From Lingula anatina (Eukaryota; Animalia; Brachiopoda), in assembly GCA_051362555.1 (NCBI GenBank), contig CM120642.1, positions 12,958,001 to 13,022,000 on the forward strand: 64,000 nucleotides of DNA, read 5' to 3'. The position numbers and the translations under genes were made by a program. Below, piece after piece: positions 13,938 through 28,270 of this stretch. How positions within the stretch are numbered: position 1 is the stretch's first letter; each line of letters starts with the position of its first letter. The notes beneath the pieces are model-generated. The model did not search any database. It was given only the letters and a program-made list of their open reading frames with translations, and had not been told where the DNA came from.

Positions 13938-16900
13938 AACAAGGGTTTAACAGTCTAATGCTGCCCGTAATCTCTCAGGTAAGTGCACTATTCTCAGGTA
14001 TAGCCTAAGTCAGACAAAGTGTTGTCACGCATGAACATAGCGAACAGTTACACTGCGACTGTCTTGAATCTGCGGTGAAGCATGTTTCATCCAACTGGGA
14101 AGTGATGTCTTCAGTTATAGCCGAGGCCGGCCTTGACTAGTCCTTGCCTGCTCCTTATGAATATATTAATCTGCAATAAAGATACAAAGATGACGAAAAG
14201 GAGTCACTTATTTTATTAGTCTCGCAGTAATGTGTACTAGTAGTATCGATATATTTCATAGCAAGCTATGCCTGGCCTCACGCGCACCGTTCTTTAAGCC
14301 ATCGAAACAAGCTTACTTGTCTATATAAAATGTCTCTCTGTAACTGTCCTCTACCCCACTCCCACAACACTCCCCCCCCCCCACCCACCCAAGCGTAAAA
14401 AGCAGAAATATCACTCTTTAACTTACCTCCTTTTCTAACAACGCCATTTAATCCAAGGTATCTTTAAAGATAATGTTTACAAATTCTGCCCATGACTACA
14501 ATTCTGCTCTGCATACGCAGCGATACCCCTGTTTATCGCTCTTTGTGGATTTATGTAAGGAGTCGTACTATACAATGATGATGATGTCATTACAGCTTTG
14601 CACCTCAGTGACTGTAAGATCGAGTTACGTTTCCAGCTTTGTGTTACCACTAGGATCATCCAAAAGCACACTTGATCATGCTGGCGTTTGGGGTTTGCGG
14701 ATAAGTTTTACCGGTACTGTACAGATTTTCTGCTCATTTAACATTACGAGCACTTTCTCATAATCTGCTCTAGATTGATATAGGTATTACGTTAAATGTT
14801 ATGGAAAGGGAGTAAAACATGTATTTTTTTTTAATTTCATTTCGGAATCTCTTTGTTCAGATCGAAAAAGCAAGTCAATAAAATATGTCAAACGTTGCCC
14901 CTGTTCAAACTCATACGTTGCCTACCTATACACGTAGACCTACTTTTTTTCATATGCATGTACTAATATCTAGTGAATTACAGGTATGTGCTATTTATAG
15001 TAAGAACCAAAACTTAGGAAACTGCATTTTAAAAGCCTCAAGGAGAGCTAACGTTGAAAATCACCATTACACTAAAAGGCTCTGTCATGGAATATCATCT
15101 TTTTTTTTTGGGGGGGGGGGGATAAAATATTTTCTGGTTAATCTGTAGCCGGTTGAAAAATCTTGCAGGACCTGGTAAGATTTCCCAGCTTTTTATATAT
15201 ATTTATGTTTTTTGACGTAACTATACATTGTGTGTACTTGCTCAAATAATAAACAATTTATTTTTTCCACATTTTTATCATGATATACGCAGCTTGCAAT
15301 GTCTGCTTGTCGATTAATTAACAAAATCTCTGTAGATTATTTCTCACGGTATAACGTACACAACGTACCCTTCTCATGCTACAGAACTAATGTTAAGATG
15401 TAATTCCCAGAAATGCGTATAGGAACTTAAAATTTTAATGCACATACCGCTACATGTAAATATATCCTACTACTGGATACAGTCTATGTATGGAACACTC
15501 GTGCTACTCACTGAATAGCCAAGTACGCTCACACGATCACACACACACACACACACACACACACATCAGTAGTCATATTAACAACGAAAATTCTACCCTA
15601 GTCCCAGCGTCCTCGACCACAACAGGTCTAGATGTTCCTTATTTCTATCATAACTGTCCCCATGTTATACAACTAGGTTTCACGGTTATTTTTTAAGAAA
15701 CCATAATCTATCTTTTTATGGTTGTAGTTAACACTACGCTATCTTATCATCTGTTTACAGCGATCTTCTCAAGGCTTAAGTGGTACAAACTTAACTGTTT
15801 TTCTCATGTAAAGCGATAAAAGGCTGTATATTTACTTACACCTTAGTTGGTGTTACCTGTAACTAATATCCACATTGGCTGAAGTGTGTGAGGATATTGT
15901 AAAATGACGGTGTGGCGTTATGGTTTGTGTATTTTGATCAAAGCGAAATAGTATAACACAGAAACAATTAAACAGAATAATTTCCTACCCAAACGTTACC
16001 TTGACAACAGCATATGACAACGAGCGGACTTCAGGGAACATAATACTCTTACCGCGCCAGAAAGTAGACGATTATGGCTGAACAGAGAACAGTGTCCTTC
16101 GAAATCTTGTAAAATATGGTCACTCTTTTCCTTCCACAGCATTTTCTTTGTTGCCTTCACATAGCGACGGTCAAAAGACATGCGAAAAGGCCGGCTAAAT
16201 TTACATTTCTTTTCGCGCAGGCTTGTAATAGTAGAAACCCAGTGTATTAGAGGCCGTGCATACCGTATTGTTATACATTGTAGCGATTCCTTTATTCCTA
16301 ACAATACGAATTAACAGGGTACAGTGGTTCTACGCCGGATCAGTTATGTTTCCAAAATTTTGTTTTAAATGATTCAGTGGCGCTTTTGAAAGGCTCGAAG
16401 CCTTAAGAAAATATGCCTTTCATTTAAGCGTTTCGTTCCAATAATAACAACAACGGTGTTCGGTAAAGTTGAACAGGCCACGATATACACGTAATTAAAC
16501 TTGCCAGGTGCCCTTGATAGGGACCTTTTCTCTACTATAACAGCATTCAGACATTCTGGACTGAAAAATAGCCACATTTGTTTCACTTCTGTTTTGTTGA
16601 CAAGTTTAGACCATTACGGAATTCTGCTTTATGTATATTTATGATAATTGCGACATACCTATTACGCGTATATCTACTTAAGGCACTGTCTACTACTGCC
16701 AAAATATATAGCATACATTTATCACACATTTTCTAGTAAACCTTTAGAGCTTATTCATAGACGTTAAATCTTCTTCGCGACTGTGTTTTCAAGAACGACG
16801 ACGCTCCTCTAGGATGTGTGGCGCTGGATTGCTGTAGTAAATGCGACCACAAGGAACACCTAACACAACGGTCTTCTAATGATTTCTTATCACTCCCCCC

Positions 16901-18090
16901 ACCCCTTCAACCATAGGACATTTTTTGTCTTTCGCTTATCCTAAACATGTCTTTTCATATAAAATGACAAGTATTGAAAATTCATATATAATTCTTTGTA
17001 TACTAAGTAAGTATACCACTAAACAAACAACGCTTTGAGTATTATATACCTGTGCTTTTTAGTCAGGGGCACAGAAGTGATAACGTTTTTTCCAATGGCT
17101 GCTTAGTTGTACTATTCGACTGAACCCGTAAAAATACAATACTAGTGAACGGTGTGTAACGTTGTCATAGTAATAAAATTATCATTCTTGAGAGATTTTT
17201 TAAATATTTTTGTTCAATCATCTTGACTACTTACTAGTGCACAATCGTGACTTGAGAATGCTTCTTAACTGGTTTTTAACATATATATAATATTCAAATA
17301 AATATTACATATGTGTATATATATATACCAGCTATTTCGCCTTTCATTTATGAAATAATGCTGTCCATGCAGCAAGATTTTTTTAAATGTTTGTTCAGTA
17401 TTTGTTCATGTCTAGGCCGATTAATAATGATGTTTTTCCTACTAGATTTATGTCTTTACAAATTGATCAATGGGAAAAATGAACCAGTACTATTTTTGCA
17501 CCAGCATGTCGATTCCTAAAAGTAACATAATAATGAAGTTTTACAAATGCGGATTTGCAAAAAAAGGCTTTTTGTAAACGCTGTATGCTGGTACAGTAGT
17601 AAAATATTTTATGGGATTCTCTTCATCAAGAATCATTAGTCAGCCGAGCCATGGCAGTATATTGCAGATCGAAAATAATGCAGCATGGCAATACACCAGC
17701 GTTTTGTTTTTACAAAATTTTCCTAAGATACAAATCAAAACTTGGTTGTGATTGTTTTTGGTAATAAATTAAACAACTAGCCATCTGTAAGCACGCGCAT
17801 TTAACGTATTCATGAAATACACGCGGAATGGACTTTGAGGGCAAACATTTGAAAGCAAATGACAAATGAAACAATTGGATAGAAAATATATAGACAGTTT
17901 ACTGTTAAGCATTTTCTTAAACCCCAAGGGCACGTTATCCTGGTGAATTTTATAAGCGAACGTTACCTATTCATCTACAGAGAAAATTAATATAACTTTA
18001 CTTATACTTTCTTTTTTGCATTTTCTGAATAATGTTCAGTGTTTTATGACGTCCAGTATATTTTTTCGCCTGGTGCTACTGTTGGCATCC

Positions 18091-19937
18091 TTAGCGCCTT
18101 TGTCCTTTTTTCGCTCCGCATCTGAAACACAGTTTTGATAGATCCGTGAATACAACATGTCAACAGCAACTCTTAGCATCTAATATAAATATCTAAATCA
18201 ATCATTACTATAAATTCTACTATTTTTGACCAGGCGCTTATTTTGTTTGGGCAAGCCGTACTGCTGAAAGACGGTCGACATAAATACGCAGAATCACTTG
18301 AGTCAGTGATCTATATTTCAAGCTACATAGGAATAAACTAAGTGATTTAGGTTGATAAAGAATTGTGAACACACGTTTATGTATAGGGACATATACATGT
18401 TATCATCCTTGCGTAAATTTCATACTTTTTTCAAAGAATGAGATAAGCTCTTCAGAACACAGCGACTTTTTTTCTAAAATACATGCTTAACAACCAGGCC
18501 GTATGCTTTTTTTTTGCTTTATAGGCTTTACATAAGGCACGGGCTTAAACTGTATATCTTACCTGCAGGTGTGGATTCTTGGGAACTCACAGATGTATCT
18601 TCGCGTTAGTGAACACGTAGTGTCCCTCCATTGTTTGTCCACCACTCCTATCTGAACACAGGCGTCCTTATCCATTCTAAAGTCTGGGTTAGGTCCATAC
18701 CAGTCTTTGAATTCGTACGGCTCCTCAGTTACCCACGCCCAAGCTCCATTTGCGGGTCTGCTCAACCCTATATAAAACCCGTAATTCCCTTCTGGTACAC
18801 TAAAATGTGATTTAAAAAAACACCCTGACAGAAAACGTTCTATATTTTAGAGAAAGTACGTATAAATGAATAAAGCAAATAAAATTAACTAATTTCTTGT
18901 TATCTTCTTATGATCATATAAATAACTTACATTTCCTCGTATTGGCAACAGAGAAGAATGATAAAAACAGACAGAGTGCTAAAAAGTGTTTTTAAAGGAC
19001 TGGCCTTCGGCGGCTATGGCACTGGTGAGGAAATTTGTCGATGTTAAGAGACGCAGTTGGACACCACGAGAATTATTTCCACAGCGAATATGAAGTGCAA
19101 CTTACTGTGGACTTTTCAACAGGTCGACAATGAATGCCTGCTCCTCTGCACTCGTGATTACCGCCAGGTTACCTCCCTCGTTCTCACATATGCCTTTAGC
19201 TTCAATCCACATCACGTAATCTCCCCCAACCTTGAAGCAATTTCCAGACGGATCGAAGCCAACGTACCCAGTTGGACAGGATTCTGCATTTAATCATTTG
19301 CAAATTTGTTGTCTAAACTGATATAATTTGCTTTAGTGTTGCGTCAAGTGTGTTTGTTCTTAAAACTGATATGATTTGCTTTCTTATCGTGTCAACTTGA
19401 CATAGGTTTTACAAATGTAGGCCTAAGTAAAAAAATTCGGTGGATAAAATAATTGTAAAATTGATAAAATAATTGTGTTAAAAAAGAATTATAGTATAAA
19501 GACAAACAACATGCTAATATTAAAACCTTCCAGTATATGAACTAAACAATACAGTCTGAGAATAATTTTGGCAGTAATGTAATTTAATCAGCTGATGAAG
19601 ATGCTGAAGATGCTCTAGACAGACATCATGTATTGGAGGTAAACAATTTCAAAAGTAGCGGTTGATTGAAAAAATACACTATTCTTAAACTATTCTTAAG
19701 CAAATATTCGCATGGTTTGTTTAACTCATTACGTATAGCTAAACCAGTTGCTTACACAACACCTGTGACAAGGAACAAAATAATGTCGATTTTTGAAATC
19801 ATAACAGTAGGTAAAATCATTCTCTCTTTCTAAACCTAGTTGCTGTACGCATACAACATTAGGCTTCCATACTGACCGTCTTCACTTTGCGCCTTGCAAT
19901 GTACAAACATCAGCAACAGAACAAAAATCCTCTTCAT
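18091..19937 (-). CDS. Secreted single-domain C-type lectin
   Basis: Phase-compatible exons 19937-19877 (signal peptide MKRIFVLLLMFVHCKA), 19283-19106 (CPTGY..NCFKV..WIEAKGICENEGGNLAVI), 18799-18563 (FYIGLS..DACV..WRDTTCS..YICE), 18121-18091 (stop TAA). Confidence 0.9.
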
Positions 19938-20204
19938 CGCCGAAATTATTTCAACGTGGACTTCAAAGCACATGAATGCATAAATGAGATATCCCGGTAT
20001 CAACTGTCGTAACGGCTGATGTGTGACAGAAAGTGTGGAGGTGGCACCCAATCAGGCTTTAAGCGTTGATTGTAGCGTCGGCAGGTAAATAATAACAGTA
20101 TTGTGTCATTTGAAAATACGGTGAACCGGGACCAGCATTAAATCTAGAATGTCTGGTGACAATTATATTTATTTCGCTATATTCATTTATTTATTTTGTG
20201 GTAC

Positions 20205-20368
20205 CAGGGCCGTAGCCTCGGGGGGGGGGGGCAGGGGGGGGGAAGCTGCCCCCCCTGGGATTTAGAATTTTCCACACTGGTAGGGGAACACCCCCTCCCC
20301 CCTCGGGGGCTTCGCCCCTTCGTGTCCGCTTACTGCCCCCTTGGCATTTTGCTCAGGCTACGGCCCTG
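20205..20368. mobile_element. MITE with CAG termini and 5-bp TSD
   Basis: TIR cagggccgtagcct / aggctacggccctg, flanked on both sides by GGTAC. Confidence 0.75.
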
Positions 20369-20504
20369 GGTACTCTTTGCAAAGTCTTAGCACGAGCCTA
20401 ATTTTAAAATCTGAGTGGCTCTGCACGAAACTCTTGATTAAAAAAAGTATATAAACAGTCACATTTTTACAGTGTTTGCTCTGTCACTACTGAGATGAAA
20501 AGTG

Positions 20505-20745
20505 ATTGCCTCCGCCTAGCCTAGTCTAGGAGGTTATGTTTTCACCCCTGTTTGTTTGTCTGTCATCAACATAGCTCAAAAAGTTATGAACCGATTTTGA
20601 TGAAATTTTCAGGAACTGTCAGAAGTGGACCAGGGAAGAGTTAATTAGTTTTTGGTGGTGATCCGGATCAATCATCAAAAACAGCATTGGATAGAGACTT
20701 TGCTGCCTTGGCGCAGGTCTGCGCTCTCCGAGTGCTTTTCTAGTT
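20505..20745 (+). mobile_element. Short non-autonomous Helentron/HINE-like element
   Basis: 5' subterminal repeat (ttgcctccgcc..ggagg), tgtt/tgtc microsatellite, 3' subterminal repeat ggcgcaggt, hairpin gcgctc-tcc-gagtgc, terminal CTAGTT. Confidence 0.7.
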
Positions 20746-22751
20746 TATTACTGCTTTCATCAGTATTTATTTTGACAATTTGTCATTTTTTAGAACGATG
20801 ACTATGAAAAAAATGAGGGACTGGCACTAGTATTCACAAATACATTTATTAGAAAAATAATGGCTAATAAAGGACTACAACTTCACAGTACGGTCACCTC
20901 ATCTTAGCCGTTCCTACTTTAAAACAGTGTCGAATCGGTTCGAAGTCTGTATACCCTATTGGGCAGGGCGCTTTGCATTGGAATTAGTTTATTTAACAAA
21001 TAAATTGTTTTACGTGAGTTTTTTTAAATTATAAACTTTTTCTTGATTTGAAAATGTGGGGAGTACGTTCCAAAATTGTTACAAAAGCAAAACGTGGATA
21101 CTTCTCGATGTTATTCTGGGCAAAACCTATATATGCGATGTTCTTTCCAAATACTACAGCTTAAATTATTTTAATTTGAAACGACGTATCAAACTCATTA
21201 TGCTGGCATCACTTATAAACCCGCTTCATCGTACACAAAGTATCGATCCGCTCTTCTAACTACATGTATATAATGGAAATCGGAATTTTTTACCACTAAT
21301 ATTATATTCACTCTCAGTTCACAAACATAAAAGACATCGCTATAAGGCAAGAGTTACAACAGAGTGCCTATACTTTAGTTTAATTGCATGCCGAATAATT
21401 AAGAATCACCACATGAATTAACATCTGTGGCAGTAATAAACTTAGCATCCAGAGTCGTGTGTATATAAACCTGTATCCGAACAGTCGGCTGAGCCCGCAC
21501 ATATTTAACCCGCGTTTTTTATTCGCCGATTCATTACAAAAAGTTTAAGCAAGTTGTTATAATTATAGTTTATTAAGCTCTAGATGCTACAATGCTACAT
21601 TAATCATCTATCTGTTTTTCTTCAGATTACACGTACCCCATATATAATATAGTACACAAAAAAAGCAAAAATTAACACGTAATTAGCAATGACTTGTATG
21701 TAACATATAATTAGCAATGGCACGTGACAACAACATGTACATGTAAGTGGCTTGGTACGCCATAGCACCTGTACAGTAGGTGACTGAGACCCACGATTTT
21801 GTGACAAACCATGCAGTATTCCATTTTCAACTATATTACCACTATCACAAATGGCTGATGCAACACTTACAAATACAGTAAGTAAAAGATATAAAAGCAT
21901 GCAGCACATAGAGCACCTTAAACACTTGTAATACAGTTTTCATAAAAAATAAAATACTGGATCAAGTTAAAATGGTTTTTTAAAAGCCTAGAAGAAAGAA
22001 TTACATGTATACATTGACGTACATGTACATAATGACCTATGCATTGTGCAATGAATCAAGTGTATAAAATACCTGAAGCAGCCTTCTTGTATATATCTAA
22101 AAATTAGTTCATTTATATAAATCAAATAAAAATCAAGCTCAGTCATTAAAAATGATATATATATATTATGACTTTGTTATACTGTAGTTTCCACCACATG
22201 GATTGCAATACATTTTCAATAAAATTATGTCCTTATATAAATTGTAAAAAAAATGTATAGCTACTGCAACAAAAAATGCAGTATACCAAAAGCATTCAGG
22301 CATTACCTACAGTACAAATATCAATCTAATATAACTGTAAGAAATTTCATAATAATATATACTGCTATGTATAATTAATGAAATATCAAATACTATTAAT
22401 GATTATATCTTTCCCAGTGTACAAGTATATGTACTCAACGATAATTAATATTTGTCTAACACTTTCATTCATAACACCAAAATGTGTATAATAAAATTGC
22501 CAATAAAGCACAGACAGTCACAATACAAAATGATAAGCAAAATCTGCTCTTTACCATTTCACATACTAATGTATGTGTAACCATTTTCTAAATTATCATT
22601 GAATCAAGACAGTAACATTTTTTAAAATAATTGGTGATTTTCAAACACATCATAAAACATGTACCCTTACTCCCCTACCCCTGTTTAGCTTGATTGTCAA
22701 CATTTCGTAAAACAATTCAATTTCACGGGTGTAATTATAGTCTCCTTTTAC

Positions 22752-25700
22752 TCACAGAGAATTAAGCCTACCTAATTCAAACTGTGCTTTCTCATTAAAG
22801 ATAACATCTACTTCTTCCTCTCCAACAAGGTTAATCTGAGCTTCTTCCCCAATTTCTTGAAACAAATCAAACCCTGACAAATCATAATTCTGAACCTTGT
22901 ATTTGGATTCCCCAGGATGCCTAAACTTTCCAATTGCCAAACAGATAACTTTCTTTACTCCACATGCTGACAGCATATTTCTCAGAGCCTCAAAGATGTT
23001 CCCAAAAGTAGTATAGTCATCAATGATGCACACTACTCTATCCTTCAACTTCGATTTTGACCCTTTTCCTATGTATCTTCCATCAGAGGACAACTTAATA
23101 GATTTGAAATCTCGCTTTATAAACCCTGTGCTATATCTCGAGCTCCTACTTGAGTTCTTTGCTTTTAGAATTCCTTTCCACCTGATAAACATCTGTTCTT
23201 TTTTTTTGCCATTCATCAACTCCCTCAAATGCTCTTTCAGCCACCACAGAATTTCATTTTTTGAGGTCCCAGAAGAAGGTGCAATGGCCCAATCTTGGAC
23301 CTCTCTGAACTCAGGTGTGTGCTGTATAGCTGGAATTGCGAGTCATATCTTAACAATGATAACAATTTGTCTATAATACTAGTAACTGATTATTTTTAAA
23401 TAAATTAATACAAGTAAACCTGTAAAATGCTTGGACCAAGACAATGCACACCCTTATTTAGATACTATAAAGAATAGCTAAAAGAAGAGAAAACATTTAA
23501 ATCTTCTCATCTCTATTTTATGGAGAGATACAATGTACCCAGGGGCGGATTTAGGCCATCTTCTTGGTCTTCAGGAAGACGGTCAGATTTTCAAGTTTAT
23601 ATTGATGGGTACGTAATTCTTTCTGTCGGAAGACGGTCAAAAATGGAGGATGGATCGATAAAGATCATTCGAAACCTGTCAGAAAATATCTCTGGATCCG
23701 CCCCTGGTACCCATATAATGGACCACAGTACAAGTACATAAGAAGTATGAAAATGTATGTATTGGTACAACATGTACAAAAAAAGTGAATTAAGAATGTA
23801 ACAAATCACTGCCAGATTCAGGATTTTGCTTAAAGCTCAGGATTTGGAAAGGTATCAAAAAGAGGATAAAGCTTTCCTGCTGTGCTTACCTTGGTACAGT
23901 ATATTGTGTATAAAAATTATTGAGGAAGTCAAGTTTGTGTGTGTGTGCTACTAGGTATCTCCTTAATGTGAATTACCTGCTAGTAGATGAAGTAATAACT
24001 TGTGTTTTACTTCTACATCATCATCCCCATCCTTCAATACCTTCTGTATTTTCTGAGCAATTAGCCCTTCTTCTGGGGTCTTCAAATATTTTGCAAAAGT
24101 ATTGGCTGAGGTCAGGCCAAATATTTTAACCTGTAATAAAACATAATTAATTCTTTCTCTTCTGTATGTGTTTTTTTATTGATGGATCAGTCAACTTTAT
24201 CAACATTAAAGATGCTTATACCACCCAGATAGCACACTGTTGGTGGGCCAATTTTGGGATCAATGGTTGGCTCAAAATCATTTTGTCCTAGGGCCCAACG
24301 ATGGCCCATTAGCATAGACATAAATACTATACATAACAAACTTTATCAAAATTATTAAAAAGGTGCTTTTATGTAATCTTGATGGACTAGTGAATTGTTT
24401 AACGTCATAAAAAAATACTTTCTTATAAACTTGCTCACAAGGTCATCTAACACAGGAATGAATAACTGCATGCAGCTGTGTTAAAAGTAAAGTGGTTTAC
24501 TTTGAAGTGTTTCAGAGTCATAGATCTGACAGCTTTTTCATCCTCGTCCATAGGTGAATACCCCATAGCCGAAGGCTTTCTTCCATGGTACATGTAATAC
24601 TGTACTACCAATACTATTGTTTATGTTGAGTTTACAATTCTGAACAAAGGTAGAGGCTTTATTTTTTGTAATGTTCTTCTATTTCATGACATTTTACAAC
24701 TGTAATTTTATCATACACTGTATGTTACAATATCATGCATTTACTAGTAGTCAGCACATGTACTAGTAGTAGGTACATGTTGGGGCTACAGGCAAAATGA
24801 CGCTGGGCCAATGTATTGACTACTGGTTGCATGGCTCAACATGGCCTACCCGCAGTGTGCTATCTGGGCAATAGCAAACAATGTACATGTTGCAGTATTA
24901 CAGTGTATAACTGTATGTCTGTGTAACTGTATTGTATATTGTACACGCTTCAAGTACATATACATCTGACATCAATTGATAAAGACCAAGTACAGATACA
25001 GGGTACTAACTAGTACATGGTAATTCAATGCATTAAGGGCTTCAGTGGCTCAAAAGCTGAAGTGGTTACAATTTTTCTCATACTGGTTATGCCAGTCAAT
25101 GGGAGGAAATTCAAAAGTGTATCAGTTAGCAATATGGCATTGGTGTATTACATGTACAAATGTGAAAAGTTGAAAAGCAAGCCCTGATCACAGGATCATT
25201 ATAAGCTTTGCCGCTTTTCCTGAAAATCAAATCTACTTATCTTTGTTCTTTTTCACAGTACTGGGGAAAATTCATACCTTGACTTTGTTGTGGTCAGTAT
25301 ATTCAACTCTGTAAAACCAGTTCTGCTGATTAAGTACAATCCTGATGCTATTTTCTAAATGATGGGGTAAAGGTGCTGGTATCCCATAACGCTTCACCTT
25401 TTCTTCAACTTGGCACCAATTTGCAGCTACAGAATATCAAAGGCAATAAATAATTATGTTTTACTATGAAACTGATTTCCATTAGTAAGATAAACCAAAG
25501 AAAATAACCAATGCCTGGTATATATATAATTACTAAGATAATATAAGTACTAGTACTGTGTGTTTGAGTGTGTGGCTATATGTACAATGTAATTAATTAA
25601 AGTACATGTTCTAGTGAAATTTAATGTAAAACTGCTTTAAAGTGATGAAGTTTTAACAGAAATTAAACCCACACCTAAAGTACATTGACATCTATTTTTA

Positions 25701-27040
25701 ACAATGAAACGAAGCTGTCAAATGGATAGACACATATATAAAAGACACACAAAACTGATGGAATTAGTGACCTCAAAATGATCTAAAAATGGTTTTAAAC
25801 CAATTTAATGAAAAGGCCCAAAATGTTTTGTCAATTTTGATACAATATTGAATAATGCTTAACAACATAATCACCACCAATCTTTATGATGTACTACTGT
25901 AACTCTGAACAAAAAATGTGACTATTATAAGGCCTCAGACTCCTTTTACATCAAAGTTTAGCCTGGAAAATGCCTTTAAAATTTGTGAAAAATGTGAATA
26001 AAAAAAAAACTTAACAGGTTTGTAAATCTTTGTCCCATACACCATTACTGTAAGTTTGAGAATGATAATATAAAGGTTTTCCTTTCATTCAATTGCATAT
26101 ACAAATAAAAAGTTTAGAAGAATGCACAGTGATGTACAATGTATGTATCAGTGACAGCAACAACAACTGCAGTGGCAGATACAAGTGATGGCTATATTTC
26201 AGACATGTTGTGTCTGTCCATTAAAGGAATACTTAACAAATACTGCTTAAATTGCTTCAGAATCAATACGTAAGTATACAAACCAATCAACAATGACTTT
26301 GTACTGGCTGCCAAATGCAGGTCTTCATCAACAACACCAACAACAATAAACATGGAGTTTCGATTTGAGGGTATGAAACCTCTTATTTCACTACCCCTGC
26401 GCTTTTCAAGTACACTGTAAAAAAAGATATAACAATCAAGTCACATTCTACAAAGGACACAATTATCATAACATCACTGTACAAGTAGATAATATTTTAA
26501 AGAAGGTTACTTTAGCTGACATCAAAAATCTACTATATACTGGGAATTACAGTACTAGTACAGTACAAGTAAATGATTTTTTTATATTCCAATTTTCAAC
26601 AAAAGCCTGAAATAATTTAAAAATAATGGTACATTATCAGCAGTAACTGAAGCAAAATGTTAATAGCACTCCAGTACAAACAAATAGTGTTGGTCCAAGT
26701 TTCCATGACCAAGAGTAAATTAAAAGAGCTAACCATCTGCTTTTTTTCACAATGCAAGCTTAGTTTGCATACAGTGTGCATTTAACTGTACATGTACAAC
26801 AAATATTTTTAGTAGTACTTACCTCTGTGAGTCAATGCCAGCCCTAACTAAACTATTCCTTGCTTCCTCCATCTTTTCGGGAACATGGGACATAACAATA
26901 AGCTGAAGCTGTTCAAAACTGGGCATTAATTTCACAAGTGCCACTGCAAGTTTGGGATTTTCCAGTACTGCATCACAATTCAGTATGACATAATGAGGTG
27001 CCTGCATATCTTTTCCTCTGGTAGCAAGTGCAGTTGCCAT
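22752..27040 (-). CDS. 409-aa protein: degenerate HAD-like domain plus ComF-type type I phosphoribosyltransferase (ShosT-like architecture)
   Basis: Five GT-AG exons with matching phases: 27040-26823, 26414-26284, 25426-25278, 24130-23977, 23329-22752, total 1230 nt. Motifs: YVILNCDAVL (HAD motif I-like, first Asp replaced by Asn), FIVVGVVDEDLHLAAST (HAD motif IV-like), WAIAPSS, VVCIIDDYTTFGNIFEALRNML (PRPP-binding loop), GVKKVICLAIGK. Probable non-coding first exon with donor AAG|GTGAG at about 28217. Confidence 0.85.
23540..23706. mobile_element. MITE with CAG termini and 5-bp TSD (PRTase gene intron)
   Basis: TIR caggggcggat / atccgcccctg, TSD GTACC. Confidence 0.75.
24224..24868. mobile_element. 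Non-autonomous TIR element with CCC termini (EnSpm/CACTA-like)
   Basis: TIR cccagatagcacactg / cagtgtgctatctggg, flanked by CA on both sides. Confidence 0.65.
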
Positions 27041-27044
27041 CTTC

Positions 27045-27082
<38 letters not shown>

Positions 27083-27114
27083 ATGAAATAACAACAACAA
27101 CAAGAATATTCTTG

Positions 27115-27160
<46 letters not shown>
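27045..27160. repeat. (AAT)n microsatellites abutting the splice acceptor and ATG of the PRTase gene
   Basis: Two AAT runs with a short (AAC)n run between them. They produce the poly-Leu N-terminus of ORF 26819..27103. Confidence 0.95.
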
Positions 27161-28270
27161 CTAGTACCAGTAATTGCAGCCTTGAGTGTGTGCATCTTTT
27201 GTAGTGAGGTCAAACAATTTTTAAACTCTCAGCCATTGGTGCATGCAGACACTGGATTATTATATTCCATTTTTGCAAGATGGAAATAAATGGTAGATTG
27301 CTTGTATTAATGCTGTTTTAATACCATTAATTTCATTTTCATCTCTTATTTAAAAATCTCCCTTCCTCTTTTTGACATCCAAAGATTCACAAATATGGTA
27401 CAAAATGCACTTCTATATTTAGGTGTAAATATAGAACACGAACAATATATCCATGCAAAAAACCTGTACATATGTACCCCAGCACTAGCACAGGTAAAAT
27501 GTACACTGTACTAGTGCACCTTTACTGGTACTTCTTAAAGGTGAGATGTAATTAAAGATCAGTTCCCTGACATACATGTATGTTTAAGTTAAGACTCAAA
27601 TGTTTCTTTGACACTATTTGACATAAATTTGACTTGAATAATAAAAAAATGAACATCTTTATTACTGGCTAATTAAACCTGTACTATAGTACTTGTACTT
27701 CTCAAAATAATTTCTGAAGGTCATAAAGTTATTTTTGTCCAAAATTGTTCCAGTTCTATCCAGTTTCTATTCCACAGTTAAAAATGCTTCATATTTTCTG
27801 TATTTATCTTAAGGGCCACTACTAAGAATCTATGAGTACTAAACTAGTGCAGCTCAGTTAAAGCCATCCATACTGCTGGTACTAGTACATGTAAAATACA
27901 GTTAATTTCAATTTTTGTATAGTTTCTGCAAGAGTTTGAAAACTGGCTGGTCGGTCATATAGAACTAATTAGATTATTAAGTAAAACATCAATCCAAGTG
28001 CAAAAATAAGTGAGTTAGATTCGTGAACAAGAGTGAATTCCTTTGTGTATATATGTAGCTAACAGTGTAAATTTATTTTGGCGGGAATATCTCGCTCAGA
28101 CTACCATTGTACCAGTACCATGTGCTTTACTTGTGTTGGGTCAACCTGCTGAGTTCTTTGCTGTTCTATAAGTACTAAAACAATTCAGCTTTATTTCACT
28201 TAAAAAATTCAGCTCACCTTTATGTTTGTTTTATTTTTACTTGGCAATGGATCCAGTTGCGACACAAGCT

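Noticed and set aside
19756-19762. 7-nt microexon in the lectin gene (AG|GTGTTGT|GTAAG)
   Set aside because: It would break the frame. Exon 1 splices in phase directly to 19283.
27041-27103. Poly-Leu signal peptide on the PRTase
   Set aside because: It derives from an intronic (AAT)n microsatellite. The likely start is ATG at 27040, directly after an AG acceptor.
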